From Phoronis australis (lineage: Eukaryota > Animalia > Phoronida), in assembly GCA_002633005.1 (NCBI GenBank), contig NMRA01000004.1:176353-240352 (forward strand): 64,000 bases of DNA. Direction: 5' to 3'. Shown here piece after piece: positions 38,280 to 51,757 of the stretch (positions within the stretch are counted from its first letter, which is position 1; every line of letters begins with the position of its first letter). A program made the position numbers and the translations under genes. The notes below the pieces were generated by a model that saw only the letters and a list, made by a program, of their open reading frames with translations, did no database searches and was not told where the DNA came from.

Positions 38280-38410
38280 ATGTAATGAATTACCTTTACT
38301 TTGTTTTGCTTTTAAACAGAAGTTCTTATTTCTTCCAGAGAATTCAACAATCAATCCAGTTACACTAATCTTTATAAACATCACTTAAATCAGATATCTC
38401 AGCACAACTT

Positions 38411-38416
38411 TTTATT
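38411..38416 (-). terminator. Candidate poly(A) signal of the QRICH2-like gene
   Basis: TTTATT on + (AATAAA on -) where the strand skew flips to A+C. Confidence 0.55.
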
Positions 38417-39775
38417 AAAAAGTACACTGTTAATCACTTCCTTGTTTCGTCATTGAATGTGAACCTATTCACTGCTCAACTATGAAATACAATAGAACAT
38501 GAAACGGCAAGATATCAATATTTGGACACTGTATTATTATGCCAAGTGTGCGTCATGGTAAAGCCTCGCAAGAACAAAAGTGGATATTCACCAGCAACAA
38601 GCCGAGAGCAAAGCTAAATACATTCATGGATTATTACACTTTTGGAATACCTAGCGTTGCGCACAGATATACACAAACAACGGTCAGACCTAAAAACAAG
38701 CAGAGCATTTATGAAGGCAGAAAGGTAGATTTGGTGTGTATTGACAAAACATTCCTCGAAGTTGGCAGAACGTTTAGCACTACAATGTACACTAATTAAT
38801 TTATCATAACTCAAATTTAAAGCAAATCGGAAAAGTTTATGCATGCAAAAATACCTTCGGTGTTATATCAAAACATCTTTGCATAAGTAGCACAAAATCT
38901 CACCAATTTCAGACAAAAACAATCGCTAAAATTACACTTTTTCAATTCCAAGGGCTTCTAAGATTGTCGTGAATGTTTGCATTTTTTTAAACCATTGTCT
39001 GGTGGTAGCTATGGCCCATAACTTGAACACGGAAGAGCATTAAATTAGTGCTTCTTAGCTTTTACGAAAAAAATGAGAAAAATCTGCCATATTGTGTCAA
39101 ATTGACGAGACTTTACTGTAATTTTTACTTCAAACACTGGGAACAGCATAAGAGTAATGCATGGAATTGTGGGGTTTTGACATTCAGTGCATCCACAATG
39201 TTGAACTTAAAACAGTACTGAATAGGAATTGAAACTAAGCGGTTTTCATTCATGTCATTTGACTAGCCGCAATACACAGAGACAGGGTATCTAATAAATA
39301 TAGTAACTATACTTGGCACACGTTAAACACCATATAATTAAATGCAGAAATTTTTACATTGTACTTTGTGGCAGCATCATCGTATATCACATAAAGTAAT
39401 GACAAAGTGTTACTTGTAGAAACAACTGTCCAGCAAACGATAACGTTTTATACCATGCATAGATTGGTCCATATTAAATTTGGGTCTAAAGACTAATAAA
39501 ACACTAAAATCACGATAAATCACAGATTGAGCAAGTTTGACATTTTGACACATTACACTTAATATCACGGATAGAGTGTGTCTTGGAAGGAATTGAGATA
39601 AGTACTATACAACAGAGGAAAAATTGAAAAGTTTTATTATACAAAGGATGGGATCCATATCAACCTGCATAGTTTTAAACACAGATGGCACATTAATAAG
39701 ATATCTATTGTGCACAGAAAACAGTTGCATCAGACTTCTACAAAACTATTCCTAAATATTCAACTACCATTTCCT

Positions 39776-40232
39776 CTACTGTTCCACTTGGACCTCCGTA
39801 TTCTGTGGAGTCATCTGATCGTCTGCTTCTGACTCGGGGGCTGGTGCAGGTGTATGTACCTCAATCACAGGTCGCTCTGTCTGGTCGACTTCATCTATAG
39901 TTACCTCTACTCCTTCATTCACAGCATTTTGCAGTGGTGACTCCGTGCGTGCTGACTGTGGGCGATTAGTCAGTCTTCCAGAGCCAGTACGTGGCCCGCT
40001 TCTGGCGGACACAGGTCGAGCCGGTGACACCTGTGGGCGACTAGAGCGATTATTACGTGGGACCACCGTCTGCGGTCGTGCAGGAGGTGGACTAGGCTGC
40101 TGCGGAGGTGTCTCTTGCTGCTGTGATGTCTGAGATGTCTGAGACGGCAGATTTGGCAGCTGGTTTTGATTACGATCAAGGCGGCCCTTGTATATATGGC
40201 CATCGGCACCCTGAATGTCTCGCTCATTCTCC
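39776..40232 (-). CDS. QRICH2: QRICH2/C16orf96-like (DUF4795) protein, terminal exon
   Basis: ttccag|G GAG AAT...; ENERDIQGADGHIYKGR (family motif GxDGHIYKGR), then a Pro/Arg/Ser-rich tail to TAG. Confidence 0.88.
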
Positions 40233-40632
40233 CTGGAAAAAGATAACAGAATGGAAAACGATCATAGACAATAATAAAAAGTACATATCAGGAGACCAAT
40301 GCTTGAAATCATTATTTTTATCTTTAAAGGATTGGCATTGATTATTAGAATGTATTGTGAGATAAAGATCACAGAAGTCCATGGAAATTCATGTGAGGTA
40401 TATTCAAAAGAGCAAAATTTACAGCTCATTTAAAAAAAGTTTTTAGTTATTATATAATGTAGAGTGTAACAAAATTTTCTTTTTGAAAATTTAAAACTTT
40501 TAGTCAACAATTTGAAGCTGTATTGTATCTCTTATGAAATGTTGGCCAATAAACAAATTAAATAAATTACCAGAAAAATGAACAACTTCCGACTCCTTAA
40601 AACACAGTATTAGAAAAGAAAAAGTTTCGTAC

Positions 40633-40779
40633 TTTGGGGCAACAAAACCAGTGTCATCTATGAACACTTCTCGAAGGTTAGTGAGCCGTGTGGTTCTACG
40701 ATGAGGGAATGTTGTGGTGTGAGTTCCGCCGCAGGATCGCTGGGTGGAGTAGTAGTCAACGCCATCTGGGTTCAGCAAA
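40633..40779 (-). CDS. QRICH2: QRICH2-like exon
   Basis: tttcag|T TTG ... AA|gtacga; RSCGGTHTTTFPHRR (family motif RxCGGxHT); phase 2-2. Confidence 0.9.
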
Positions 40780-41532
40780 CTGAAATATATTGCAGGGTGA
40801 ACATTACCAGGAGTATGTAACCACTAAAGAGCGTGAATGACCAATTATGTTCAATAGAGTACAGCTAAAGAGAGTGTGCATTGAAAATGAAACCACATTT
40901 TGTTAATGTTAATAAGTCAACACAGAAAAGGCTAGTTCATTTATACAGTTTAGTTAGAGTAGAAAAACTATAGTTGGTGAATATTGAGATGAATGTGACT
41001 ATTAAAATGTAAGGAAACAGTCTGTGAAATCCTCAAGGTCTAGTTATAAATCAGAAACAGTAGAGTAAGCTGATAGTAGATTTACAAGCTAGGTTACTGC
41101 TAAAATCTAAGGTCGTGCAGCAGTGAAACAAATTCCAAACTAATCCAGTGCATTTAACACTCACTCAAACTAAGACATACACGCAAAAACAACCACACTT
41201 GACAATGAATAAAAGACTGTGTTCGTTAAGAAAATGCCACACACATGCAAAAGCACAAAAAAGTAATTTTTAGCGAATTAATGAAACTATGGATGCAACA
41301 AAACAGGAGAATATGCCATGCACTTTAGGGTACAACAAGACTTTGCTTCATTGGGGCGGATCTACTTTTTTGGGAGGAGGGATGTATTCCCTATCAAGGC
41401 TGAATTTTTTTCTTCCCAAGAAAATTAAGAAACTTATAGTGACCATACAAGTCACTGAACCCCCTTAGATCCACTCCTGGTTAAGCATTGGTGCACGTAT
41501 AACAAGCTAAACTCCATGTCAATTGATTATAC

Positions 41533-41541
41533 CTGTCCATC
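41533..41541 (-). CDS. Candidate 9-nt microexon
   Basis: ttcttctcttctgacag|GATGGACAG|gtataa; frame-preserving and stop-free in phase 2. Confidence 0.45.
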
Positions 41542-41771
41542 CTGTCAGAAGAGAAGAATACAAAAAGTGATCAAATTATTAAAAATATAAAAGCAAAGTA
41601 AAAAGTGGAATATAAAGATTCAAATGCGTAATATAGGCAAGTCTTTCAAAAAGAATTTTCTAAAGCATGTATGTTCAGTGTCGCAAGTGTCCATCACGGT
41701 GACGCAGAAAAGCCTCTGAACCGAGTGATCAGTACATGCAGCCGAAGTAGAATGCGGTCAGTGAGACTTAC

Positions 41772-41918
41772 ATGCGTTTTTTACCAACAGTGGTGTTACC
41801 AAGGGTAGATCCAAAATGTACGTAAAATGCTCGCAAATCCCTATTACGTAGTCGAGCAAACTCTTGCTCCTTAACAGCGCGATCGAAATTAGCCGTCTGT
41901 CGCCCTTGGTTACGTGGG
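41772..41918 (-). CDS. QRICH2-like candidate cassette exon (147 nt)
   Basis: ctgtag|C CCA ... AT|gtaagt; PRNQGRQTANFDRAVKEQEFARLRNRDLRAFYVHF; symmetric phase 2-2. Confidence 0.7.
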
Positions 41919-42099
41919 CTACAGTAAGAAGTACAGATGATTACTAACACACTCTGGCACATTATTTTGTCAGTCATATACTTTGTGCTGGTTAGTGGAT
42001 ATTAGTTCACTAGGATTATAAGGAAAATTAGTCTGTTGAGATAACAGTGTTATATGCTTATGAATTCTACTCTGTTGAGTATAGCAATTGACCGTATAC

Positions 42100-42185
42100 C
42101 TGGTGAATTAATAGTGCAGTGGGCCCAACCATGAGGCCTGCGAATGTCTGATGCACCGCACATGACATCAGACCACCTGCAATCT
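42100..42185 (+). mobile_element. SINE 3' fragment (same family as 28130/60246)
   Basis: AGTGCAGTGGGCCC...GGCCTGCG...CAGACCACCTGCAAT is the reverse complement of the SINE tail. Confidence 0.55.
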
Positions 42186-42321
42186 TTTTTGTTGAATAAA
42201 TACGCCCCGTTTTATATATTTTTGACATTTGTTTCTGATACACCGAACACGTTGATAGAATATTTTCTTTGAGTTCTAATCAAGCTTGGCATGCATGCTC
42301 TTGAACAATGCAGATGCAAAA

Positions 42322-42421
42322 ATGAAATAATTTGGTTGGATGTTAATTTGAATAAAAGCTATGAAATAATTTGGTTGGATGTCAATTTGAATAAAAGCTA
42401 CTCAACAAAATAAGACTCAAT

Positions 42422-42453
<32 letters not shown>
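42322..42453. repeat. 39-bp tandem duplication followed by (AC)n
   Basis: ATGAAATAATTTGGTTGGATGT(T/C)AATTTGAATAAAAGCT occurs twice; AC run at ~42425-42453. Confidence 0.85.
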
Positions 42454-42956
42454 TTTCAGGCACTCCAAAACTACAAGTGTTTCAGACAAAACATAGTGTC
42501 AACTGCTATATGAACAGTATTGGCTTTGAAGAAGGAATTGATGATGAACTTAGAGTACTTCATGCAAATGTGCAAACAGAGCAAAGAACGCGTCACCCTG
42601 AAGGCCTTTGTTGCAATTTTCTTTGCAAGACGTTGTTCAGGTTAAAGAAATGTTCTCAAAAAAACCAGCAGGGCTAAAAGAATTTTTCGCTGGAATAAAT
42701 ATCAGAAAAACAAGCCAGGCCAAACCATGCACACCACGAAACCATAAGGAAACACTCTTGAGAAATACAAAATAATCCTGACGTGTAACCAGCCAGAAAC
42801 GTGAGGAAACAGGCTGGAATGATGATCTCACGCGCAACCCTTGCTTAAAAAAACAAGAAACTTTCAAACAGGAATATCAATGTAAAATGAATGGAGAATG
42901 ACACATGCACAGGTGCTGGAGTGACTTAGGTGGAGCATGCATAACAGGGGTGTTAC

Positions 42957-43007
42957 CTGCTGATATAGTAAACGGGTTTAGTGGGTTTAACTGATGTTCC
43001 ATTAGTA
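42957..43007 (-). CDS. QRICH2-like candidate cassette exon (51 nt)
   Basis: tgttctgttctag|T ACT AAT ... AGC AG|gtaaca; TNGTSVKPTKPVYYIS; symmetric phase 2-2; two TGCATG within 55 nt downstream. Confidence 0.6.
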
Positions 43008-45951
43008 CTAGAACAGAACAGAAATGAACGGTTCGTTAAATAATAAATAATGAAACGTATTGACCAACAGATATACCAAGACCGTGAAGGTGGTGGGCAT
43101 AAATTTGTAAGATCTGTGGACAGACATCAGGCAATAACACTATTGACTCAAGTGACATAAATGCCCAAATTTACGAATTCCATGCAAGAGATAGTAACAA
43201 CATAAACGCAGCTCCAATGAGTAAATACAAATGTTCGAATTCTTGCTATCCAACTGTTTTGTCCGTAAAGTCAATAAAGTTGTTTAGTTTAAAGTGTTTT
43301 TACACGTTACACTGAAAACAATGCTATGCACAAAACATACAGCAATTTTGAAAAAAATGCTGAAAGTGCACTGGTAATAACAATGGTGATGTCAATAAAC
43401 TAATAAAGGAAATACATTATATCATATGCCGCAGCATTGTCGTCAAATGGTGGCTACAGTTACTGGCTGAAACCCATGAAAACAGAGAAATCTACAAAGA
43501 GTGTTTCTCCAGTCAGTGAGTGGTGTGCTAAAGAAATTATTGGAAGAATTTTATTGGTGTGAGTTCTACTCAAGTATTGTCAACACCAGGTTAATAAAAA
43601 TTCATGCTCATGGAAACAACTTTTGCCAATTAACTAATTTAAAGGTGTTAGGCATAAAACCAAGTTAAAAGAATAGTTTTTTAGACCCAACGAGAATAAC
43701 AAAACGCAAAGTTCTTGTTCTTGCCTAAAAACTGCAAAAACATGTCACGCCAATTAATTTTTCTACACATAAGGCAATTTTTTTTCAAATGAGACTTTCT
43801 TATTTAGTCTCAAAGTGTGCGCAACGGTTCCACACTTTTTTATGTCCACTCAGGGCCATAAAAATGATATGAAACAAATCTATACCTTACCCTAAACATG
43901 TTTACAATGTTACATTTTTATTTCCTCCATAAGCATTTTCTTAATTAGTGGTTCAATTTTTGTCATGCGGAACATTCTGCACTGACTGTGGAATATTCGC
44001 AAAATTTGCAGAATATTCCACAAATTTTGCCAAGCAGTCTTTTGTCTGGTACGACAACTTGCAGGCCAATTATCTACCAGGCCTCGAATGGTTATTGAAA
44101 CCAAGTAGAACTACTTTCGACATCCGGTAACAGAACAACAACAATGAATAAATGATGGTAGCCGAGGTCATGTTTTCTTGGTTTGTCATTAACAATTTTA
44201 TCAGCATTGCCACTGGGACTTGATCCATGAAAGATTTAGCTTCAGCTGGGAGTGGTCTCCAGCAAGCATTATTACCTCTGAGAAGATGAGGTGCTTTCGA
44301 GCTCAGGTTCATTCATTAACGAATTTATTAATAAAGCCGCTCCACCCGCATTTTGAAAGGAGTTTCACTGTGCAGCCTTTTAGGATCACTAGTTCTGGAC
44401 TTTACCCCAAAAATGTACGCATTACTGAGGAACGGATCCCAGCGGCTCGTTTCATTAAAAGCCGCATGTTGGGTCGTAGCTGGTACTATGAGTAGGGTGG
44501 TTGAAGTTGAACATTTTGTTTTTGGATCAACGATTTTTTCGTGCTGAACGTTCAAGTTAAAAAATTTTTAACATGTATGAAAATTTAATCTTTGAAATAA
44601 AACTCACATTAATAGATCGTGAAACACTGTATCCTAATTCCATAAGTTTGCATAGACTTCAACTGCATTTTCATACTCCACGGGACGTTCACTTTTGACC
44701 TTGAGTTCAAAATTGATGCCACGCAAAATGGATGGTATTGGTAAATTTGCCGTTTTTGCACACATAAGATAGGCCCTATCAAGGGGTGTGAAGATTATTT
44801 TTACACAAAAATAAGGCCGAATTTCAGGAATCCGGAAGAATTTTGTTTTTCTGTTAAAAGTCCTATTTTTATAAATTTTTAAATTCTTTGTGCACTTTCA
44901 TGTCGCTCCAGCAACCGTACTCATCGTGTCAGTGTGAACACCTGTGTTTTTATGGGAAAGTTAATTACTGTTCACAACACATCTTCACATTTTGGAGAAA
45001 TCAGGCTAGCTGCACGCAAAAAACGTAGCATAAGGAACCACTTGACGTTAGCTTTGTAATCAATTTGACCATGATGGTAATGCGCGTAATTAAATAAAAC
45101 CAACACACCGGGCGTAACGTCTTTTTTAAAGTTGCATAAAATGCTAAAAACAACGTATTGGATCAAATATAAGAATTATGTCTGTATCGTGGAAGTAAAA
45201 TATAGCTGTGGTTGTACCTACCGACCATGTATGAACACAGTCAAACCCAATGCATTGGTATGCACTTGGAGAGAATAATAGATTGTCTTAACTTAAATTC
45301 AGATGCAGTTGGGTGATTTTGGTGATTCAAAGACTAAACATGATCGGAATACAGAATTCTAATTGGTTTGGGTTGAAATATTTTATAACTTATCATTTAT
45401 TTTCAACGGCACAGCCAAGTCAGGCTGGATATGATCTTATTTGATTAGAACAATTATCGAACAAAAGAGAGCTGGCCCTTCAACCATAAATACCAGAAAT
45501 GAGTTAATCAGTTGTGTAAGGTACTGGCTACACCAGTCAACCACCCAACTTGTTCGTTTGCTATATATCCTATCGAACAAGTTGGGGTCAATGGGAGAAT
45601 GCCGTAATGTTTCACTCAACCAACTTGCTTAATAATTTTAGCAGCATAACTTGGTGTAGGAATAGCACCATTTACTAGACAATTGAATCTGTCCCACACT
45701 CCAACAGGCCTAAACCATCTTCAAAGAAACACTCAGATTACTGTATGAACTAGTTGTCATTGCGATATTGGTCAACATGACTTGCGGAAAGCTTAATTTA
45801 TGTAACCATCTCAAAATGCTTTACTCATGAAAGCAAGCAGCCCAAATCATTTCAAATTTAGAACTTGCTGCACAGACCACATATCCCTGCAATCAATCAA
45901 ATTTGATGTCTTAAACTTATAAGCCTCAAGTCATTAACAGTTGATACCAAC

Positions 45952-46053
45952 CTTTTAGCATGCTGTCTTATCTGGTCTAGCTCAAACGTCGTGTACGGTC
46001 GTGGTGATCGCGTACTGGGGAAACCAGTGCCGGATGGCATAGCTTGAAGAGCG
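45952..46053 (-). CDS. QRICH2: QRICH2-like exon
   Basis: tttcag|C GCT ... AG|gttggt; RSPRPYTTFELDQIRQH family motif; phase 2-2. Confidence 0.9.
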
Positions 46054-47018
46054 CTGAAAGAGAACAGGAAATTACGTGATGGACAAATAGAAACAATGTC
46101 TCATTCTCATTATTATGAAGACCCTCCTCAGGTGCTGCAACAACCTTGTGATTCACTTCTGTCCTCATCAAATTTTAATTATCAATAGTTCGAGTCTTGA
46201 TAAAAATATAAGAGTTAATTCAGTAACAATACATATTCATCTGACAATACCACAGTTTTGTTAACTGAAAACAAACAGTCTGATCAGATTTTCATAACAC
46301 AACTTTGCTCCGATTCACAGCGCTCCGAGTTACAGCACAATTATTCGCGGTATGGTTGAAATTTCTCAATGCATCAAAATTCCAAACCTCCGATCCATGC
46401 ATCTAACTAATTTACTTAAAGTAGTTCACTAACAGCCCACACATGACTATTACATTTGCTTACACATCACGAGATTATAATAACCTGTTCAAATTGGTGA
46501 TAAAAGCATGTGAGTTATGAAACATGAAGTCATTAATACTGACTCATGGTCTGTCTTTGCATTATGAGCAGAAACTAAGCTCCTCAGTCCACGTGTAACA
46601 AACACTACTTGCACTAAGCACATCTAAGTTCCAGTTATATTGACTATTCTTGGATATTCAGTTTGATCAAAATAAAAATCAGCTTTGGTCTATAAGTGAC
46701 ATTATTGTCAACATAAACGACTGAGTACAGTAAAGTTTCCTGAAATTCGAACAACAATAATTGCCAAAACGGTCATTTTCCATCTTTCAAGAGATCACTG
46801 CATTGTTAACAATGCTCAAAATTTCATCATTTGTTGATGACAGATGTACATAATAAATTATGCAAATAACGAAGTAAAGTTTTCTTTCTTTACATTTGAT
46901 GAAAAATTTTCATGAAGTAAAATTTGGCTGTTCCATCATATTCATGCGCTTGAAAATTAGGATACGTCACCGCAATTTGTGTGTGCCTTTATGTCGCTAT
47001 AAAACTCAGAATACGTAC

Positions 47019-47084
47019 GTGGCTGTTGGCATCATCTCCACAGGTCTATCACAGGATATGCAGTGGAACCTCTGTAGCAGTTGC
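47019..47084 (-). CDS. QRICH2: QRICH2-like exon (DUF4795 C-terminal CxSCDRP)
   Basis: tttcag|G CAA ... AC|gtacgt; QLLQRFHCISCDRPVEM. Confidence 0.92.
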
Positions 47085-48257
47085 CTGAAAAGATAGAAAA
47101 AATATGTCCACGTTATCAATCATCACTGGGGATCTCATGGGACAAGCAAAGTGTGTCTTTGTCACCACAAGCAACTTGATCTAGATTCAATAAGGGCGGA
47201 CTGAACTGTGATCATAAGTTCTACCATACTGAGAAGTTATTTTGTCACTTAGCTTCAACAGGAGTAAAAGCTTCCGAGGATTCAATTATCAATCAATCAG
47301 TAGGTTTTGCTACTTTGTCAGCAGATTACACCATTTTCTTATACTGGGTGACCTTTAACCCACGGTTACCTGGACCAACAACATGAGCCAATGAGACTCG
47401 TTGTCCCAAGCAGAGCTTGGACGTTGTTACATTGACAAGGGCTTGATGTTACTCTTACTCAACCCATGTGTGGATTACCATGAATCATTAATTTCATGAC
47501 ATGTTCAGACACTGGAATTCAGCCTAATTTAACTTGCAATTTTCAGCTTAACTACAAGTGTCCTAAAAACGTGCTTATACACTTCAGTTCCCAAGGATCA
47601 GACTCATCGCCTGGACCTATTGTATGGTTAAAACTTTCTGTGGAAGTAGACGCGTGAGCTGTCACGTTCTCTGTATGCACCAGAATAGCAAACACCGAGT
47701 TTTTAGTGGAGAATGTCAATTCGTTGCAAAATGCAACAAAAAACTAAAAGACATCATAGAAATGCAATGTTGCATTAATCTTCTTCCCAAATTAATAAAC
47801 AAATGAATGCATTTGTATTTTAAAGATGTAATTCCATTTTTGACCTTTTGGTGGCACTTAAACCACTGTACTTGTTCTCAAGTCAACAAAGAACGCAGTT
47901 GTTGTCATGTGAAGTGTGAATACATTTTGGGACACCTCCTGTTAATAAGGTATACAATTAGAGACACTTGCAGACTTCAGTCCTAAGTAATCATACATCG
48001 ACTCTGAACTTAGCAAACAACATGACCAAGTGTAAAGTAATAAATCGTCTAATCCAAAAGTTGGTACTTTTTGACATCAAAAAATGTACCGAACCAGAGT
48101 TTTGTGGCTTACATGACAAAATTCTTATTAATTGTTTACTTTCAAGGCAATTTTCTGCAACTACGAGTATTTCAAGAGTTTATGATGAAAAGAAGGAGTT
48201 GATGGGTTCTTTTGAGATATGCAACATCTCTAGTGTGTCTCGCCATCCCCTGCTTAC

Positions 48258-48445
48258 TTCCTTAGCCCAGCTGCGTCGTCATCGCCAGACTGAGCTGGCA
48301 TCCAGTCGTGAACTCCCTTCAGTTTCTGGTTCAATGCTCTCAGTTTGGAGTCAATATAGTCTTTAAGAGCATCCAGTTCCAGACGGTCTAGTTTGCCATC
48401 AATATCTGAGCTGAGTTTGCCATTAGCATTGCGCCATGCTTCCTC
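48258..48445 (-). CDS. QRICH2: QRICH2-like exon (DUF4795)
   Basis: ttctag|GAG ... AA|gtaagc; EEAWR...DGKLDRLELDALKDYI...DDAAGLRK; phase 0-2. Confidence 0.92.
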
Positions 48446-48771
48446 CTAGAACATTAGACAACCAGAATCCTCTAACAAGATTCGCACAAGGAACTGTGCT
48501 GATGTCACTGACAAACAAATGTTGGTGTCAATGAAATGATATTAATATCTACAACCAAAAAATCTCTATCCGTTAAGCTATTCTTTATCAATGATTGAAT
48601 TGTTGTTCTGCATTAATTGCTTCCAAATTCAATTGCTCAAATAATGTTCTCACGGAAACAAGGCAAATTATCACGTATAGATCAGGGCAGTCCAGGTGAC
48701 TGCAAAAAATCCATCCAACTTACAATTTGATGTATAATGATTGATTCTATTTTAAAGGAAACTTAATTTAA

Positions 48772-49257
48772 GGTTATGTAGAATCAAATTGACAGGTCTG
48801 CGTATTTAGCCAATGTCTACAAAATTATAATTATAGATACAAATTCAACAAAAGTTCTTAGTTTTTGAAAGCAGATAGCCTGTAGAATTTGATTTTTTAC
48901 TTTTTTCCAATATGTTATCAACTGGGTCACGTGGCAATGTGTTTTTAGCAAAATTTAAGAAAAAAAGTTAAGGTACATTGATAGCAAAACAAGGTTAAAA
49001 ATTATGATAAAGTTGAAAGTGAGATCTCAACAATGCTGTCATAAGTTCTATGATTTACACACTTTTATCACGAAAACCAGGATAGTATCCCATGCAAAAG
49101 TAGAACATTTTAAAAACAATGGCTAACAGCGTTTTGAAGAAGAGTGCATAAAGTATAATAGCAAATGAAGGTTTTGTATGAATCTAATCAGCTGTTTCTG
49201 AGATCCCATGTTCCCAAATTAGTCAAATTTCGTATTTTTTTAGGGTCCTACATAACC
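48772..49257 (-). mobile_element. Kolobok-like non-autonomous element, copy 4
   Basis: TTAA|GGTTATGTAG ... CTACATAACC|TTAT: perfect 10-bp TIR. Confidence 0.7.
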
Positions 49258-49322
49258 TTATATGACTGTAAACTGCAACTTGTTATGCTCCAGTGAATAA
49301 CCTGTTACGTGGATGTACTTAC

Positions 49323-49433
49323 GTAAGCTGCTAATTTCTCCAGGAGGTCACTTATCATTTTATTCAGTTCGTTACACGTACTGTCAAACAAAGTACGGTT
49401 GACTTTACCATTCACTTCCTTCTTGTCTGCTTT
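49323..49433 (-). CDS. QRICH2: QRICH2-like exon (DUF4795)
   Basis: ttgcag|AAA GCA GAC ... TAC|gtaagt; KADKKEVNGKVNRTLFDSTCNELNKMISDLLEKL. Confidence 0.9.
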
Positions 49434-49762
49434 CTGCAAGATGACAGAAAGGCATGATGGTTAGTCAGAGCGCAACATGCTTGAAACATGAGTAATTATG
49501 ATACATCAACTTTATTCCTCCACATCATCAAGAATACAAACCATTATTCAAAAAAAATATTTTAAGGCTTGAATTATACCATCTAACTTGATTCCACTGA
49601 GACAAGAACATTGATTTTGAAACACGGCATTAAAGCTTATTGTTCATTTAAGCCAACAAAAAGCAGTAGTCTTCCTCAAGTGCAGATAAAATTCTCAGCT
49701 ACTGCAAACTGTTTTACCATGGAAAAATAGCAACCACTGCTGAATTAAATATGTCAACTTAC

Positions 49763-49837
49763 AATATCGACTTCAGAGTCCACATAATCCTTATCAGCTT
49801 TCTTCTCTTCTAAACTAGCAGTGATGTTGCATAGACT
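49763..49837 (-). CDS. QRICH2: QRICH2-like exon (DUF4795)
   Basis: ttacag|AGT ... ATT|gtaagt; LEEKKADKDYVDSEVDI. Confidence 0.9.
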
Positions 49838-50251
49838 CTGTAAACAGTCATTAACAAACATGCAATAAAATGACAGTATCAAGCTAAAATGGTTTTGAGC
49901 TCTTTAGGGCATTAGTTAATTTTATGAAACCCCTTATTGCAAGCAGTCATTGAAATTATTACTGTTTAATTTTCCAATTTAAGTGTCATTGGGCTAACTT
50001 GAACGAGTACAATGAAGACAGTATTTGATAGAAAACTGCAAATACCCCAAAATTTAACACACAAAAATTACATATCAGTCACATGAACCGGAACAAATAT
50101 ATTACATCAAACTGATCTGACTTGATTCTGTTACGGTTGTTACAGCTCCATAAACGCAGTCAATATACCCGTTAAAGTAGAACTACACCTCTCCTATAAA
50201 GAATGATTGTGAGAAAGCCCACCAACAAGCACAGCACATTCGTTTGTTCAC

Positions 50252-50374
50252 CTGTATCTGTTTTTGTTTATTTTCATTCTCTGTCAGCAAATGTTGCGTT
50301 TGATCATTCAACTTCATAACTTCTCCTCGTAACTTCACAATGGCCTTTTGCATGCGTTCCAGGGCTTCGGCATC
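50252..50374 (-). CDS. QRICH2: QRICH2-like exon (coiled coil)
   Basis: ttgtag|GAT ... CAG|gtgaac; DAEALERMQKAIVKLRGEVMKLNDQTQHLL; phase 0-0. Confidence 0.87.
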
Positions 50375-51757
50375 CTACAAATAACGCGGAACACATCATC
50401 AAACGGTGGGCACAATCACGTTTCACTAGCATTCTTTCCTTAAAGCAAGACTCCATAAGTATAACAAAGACGACAATTCTTTCGCATTACTTAAATAACC
50501 TTTAAAAAATATGTTGATTCAGTTGAAGATGAATGTTTTAAACAGGGGACCTAGAAAGATGCCAGGTTTTGTTACATGTAACCCTTTTTGAGCTGTTTAT
50601 GAGGTGTAAAAAGTACAGGAAAGAATGAGTCAATATTCATTTGTACAATTACTGAACTTAATCTCGCTAGTTGTAACCTAAATATTTAATCTTACATCTT
50701 AGGAGCAAAAAGGTAAACAAAATGCTGAAAAATGATTACTTCGAAAAAATCAAGTCATTTAAAATTGCTGGTTGAATGAATACAAGGTCAGATTTAAAAG
50801 TTGTATCAAAGTTTATGTCTCAAACTTTGCAGACGGGTCATGCCTGGCCAACAGAACACTAACACGATTATTAAGTCAACAATCGAGCCTCGATCCTCAG
50901 TAAATAGCGGATAGTGTTGGTTTTCTAATGATCCATTATCTTTAATCTTGGCAGACAAGAAACAGTGATATAATTCAAAAGCACAACCAACACACTGTGA
51001 GAGGGGAACACTTGATTGGACGACAGGGAACAACACAGGTGGTGAGACAATGACACTGTGATCAAGTTCTGTTTAATGTCTAATCTGATTTTCTAAATTT
51101 TATTTCCTGACGTTTAATTCATTAAATTTGAACACACATAAATATATTAACAATGAATTTCCAAAAAGATAAGATAACGAAATAATTTTCCAACTTCCTG
51201 AATTTTATACATTAATTAAGTGGCAAACAACTTTTGTGAAGTGAAAGAGTAAGCATGCAGGACAAGTAAAAGTGCATGATTATACAGGAATGAAGCTTTC
51301 ATTATCAAATACAGCGACGGATTAATGAAAACGTCTAACTTATAAAAAATTAACTTATAACATTTAATTTTTAATAAACATTAGTGTCACTGACATGTAA
51401 AATAAACATAACGTAAATAAAACAACAAAAATGGATCACTGAAATTTTGTAGCTTCATTTAATATGTATATTCATTCTACATCTCGACACACAGTGTATC
51501 CTTCAGAGGATCTGGATCGCCTCTTTTAGTTTCAAATTAATTTTCTACGACATTTGACATGTAAGATATTTCTATTTTTAAGTCAACATCCTTTTTAAAA
51601 CAGTTTCGAGTTTGAAATGGAAATTCATAAGAAAGAGCTTTATAATTTAAATCTTAAATTAAGTACTATGTGTGACATCCTTAAGCACGCAAACGGACAG
51701 GGGGTCTGAATGCACACAGTGACATGCAATGGGAATTCAGTGTCACAATCATCTTAC

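Noticed and set aside
43643-45180. CpG-rich insertion with several overlapping ORFs (possible transposase relic)
   Set aside because: Probably a TE (TTAA|AGG left end), but I found no right TIR and no recognisable protein motif, so no call is made.
47968-48366. 132-aa plus-strand ORF (also 52531-52874, 39945-40341)
   Set aside because: Antisense shadows of real minus-strand exons.
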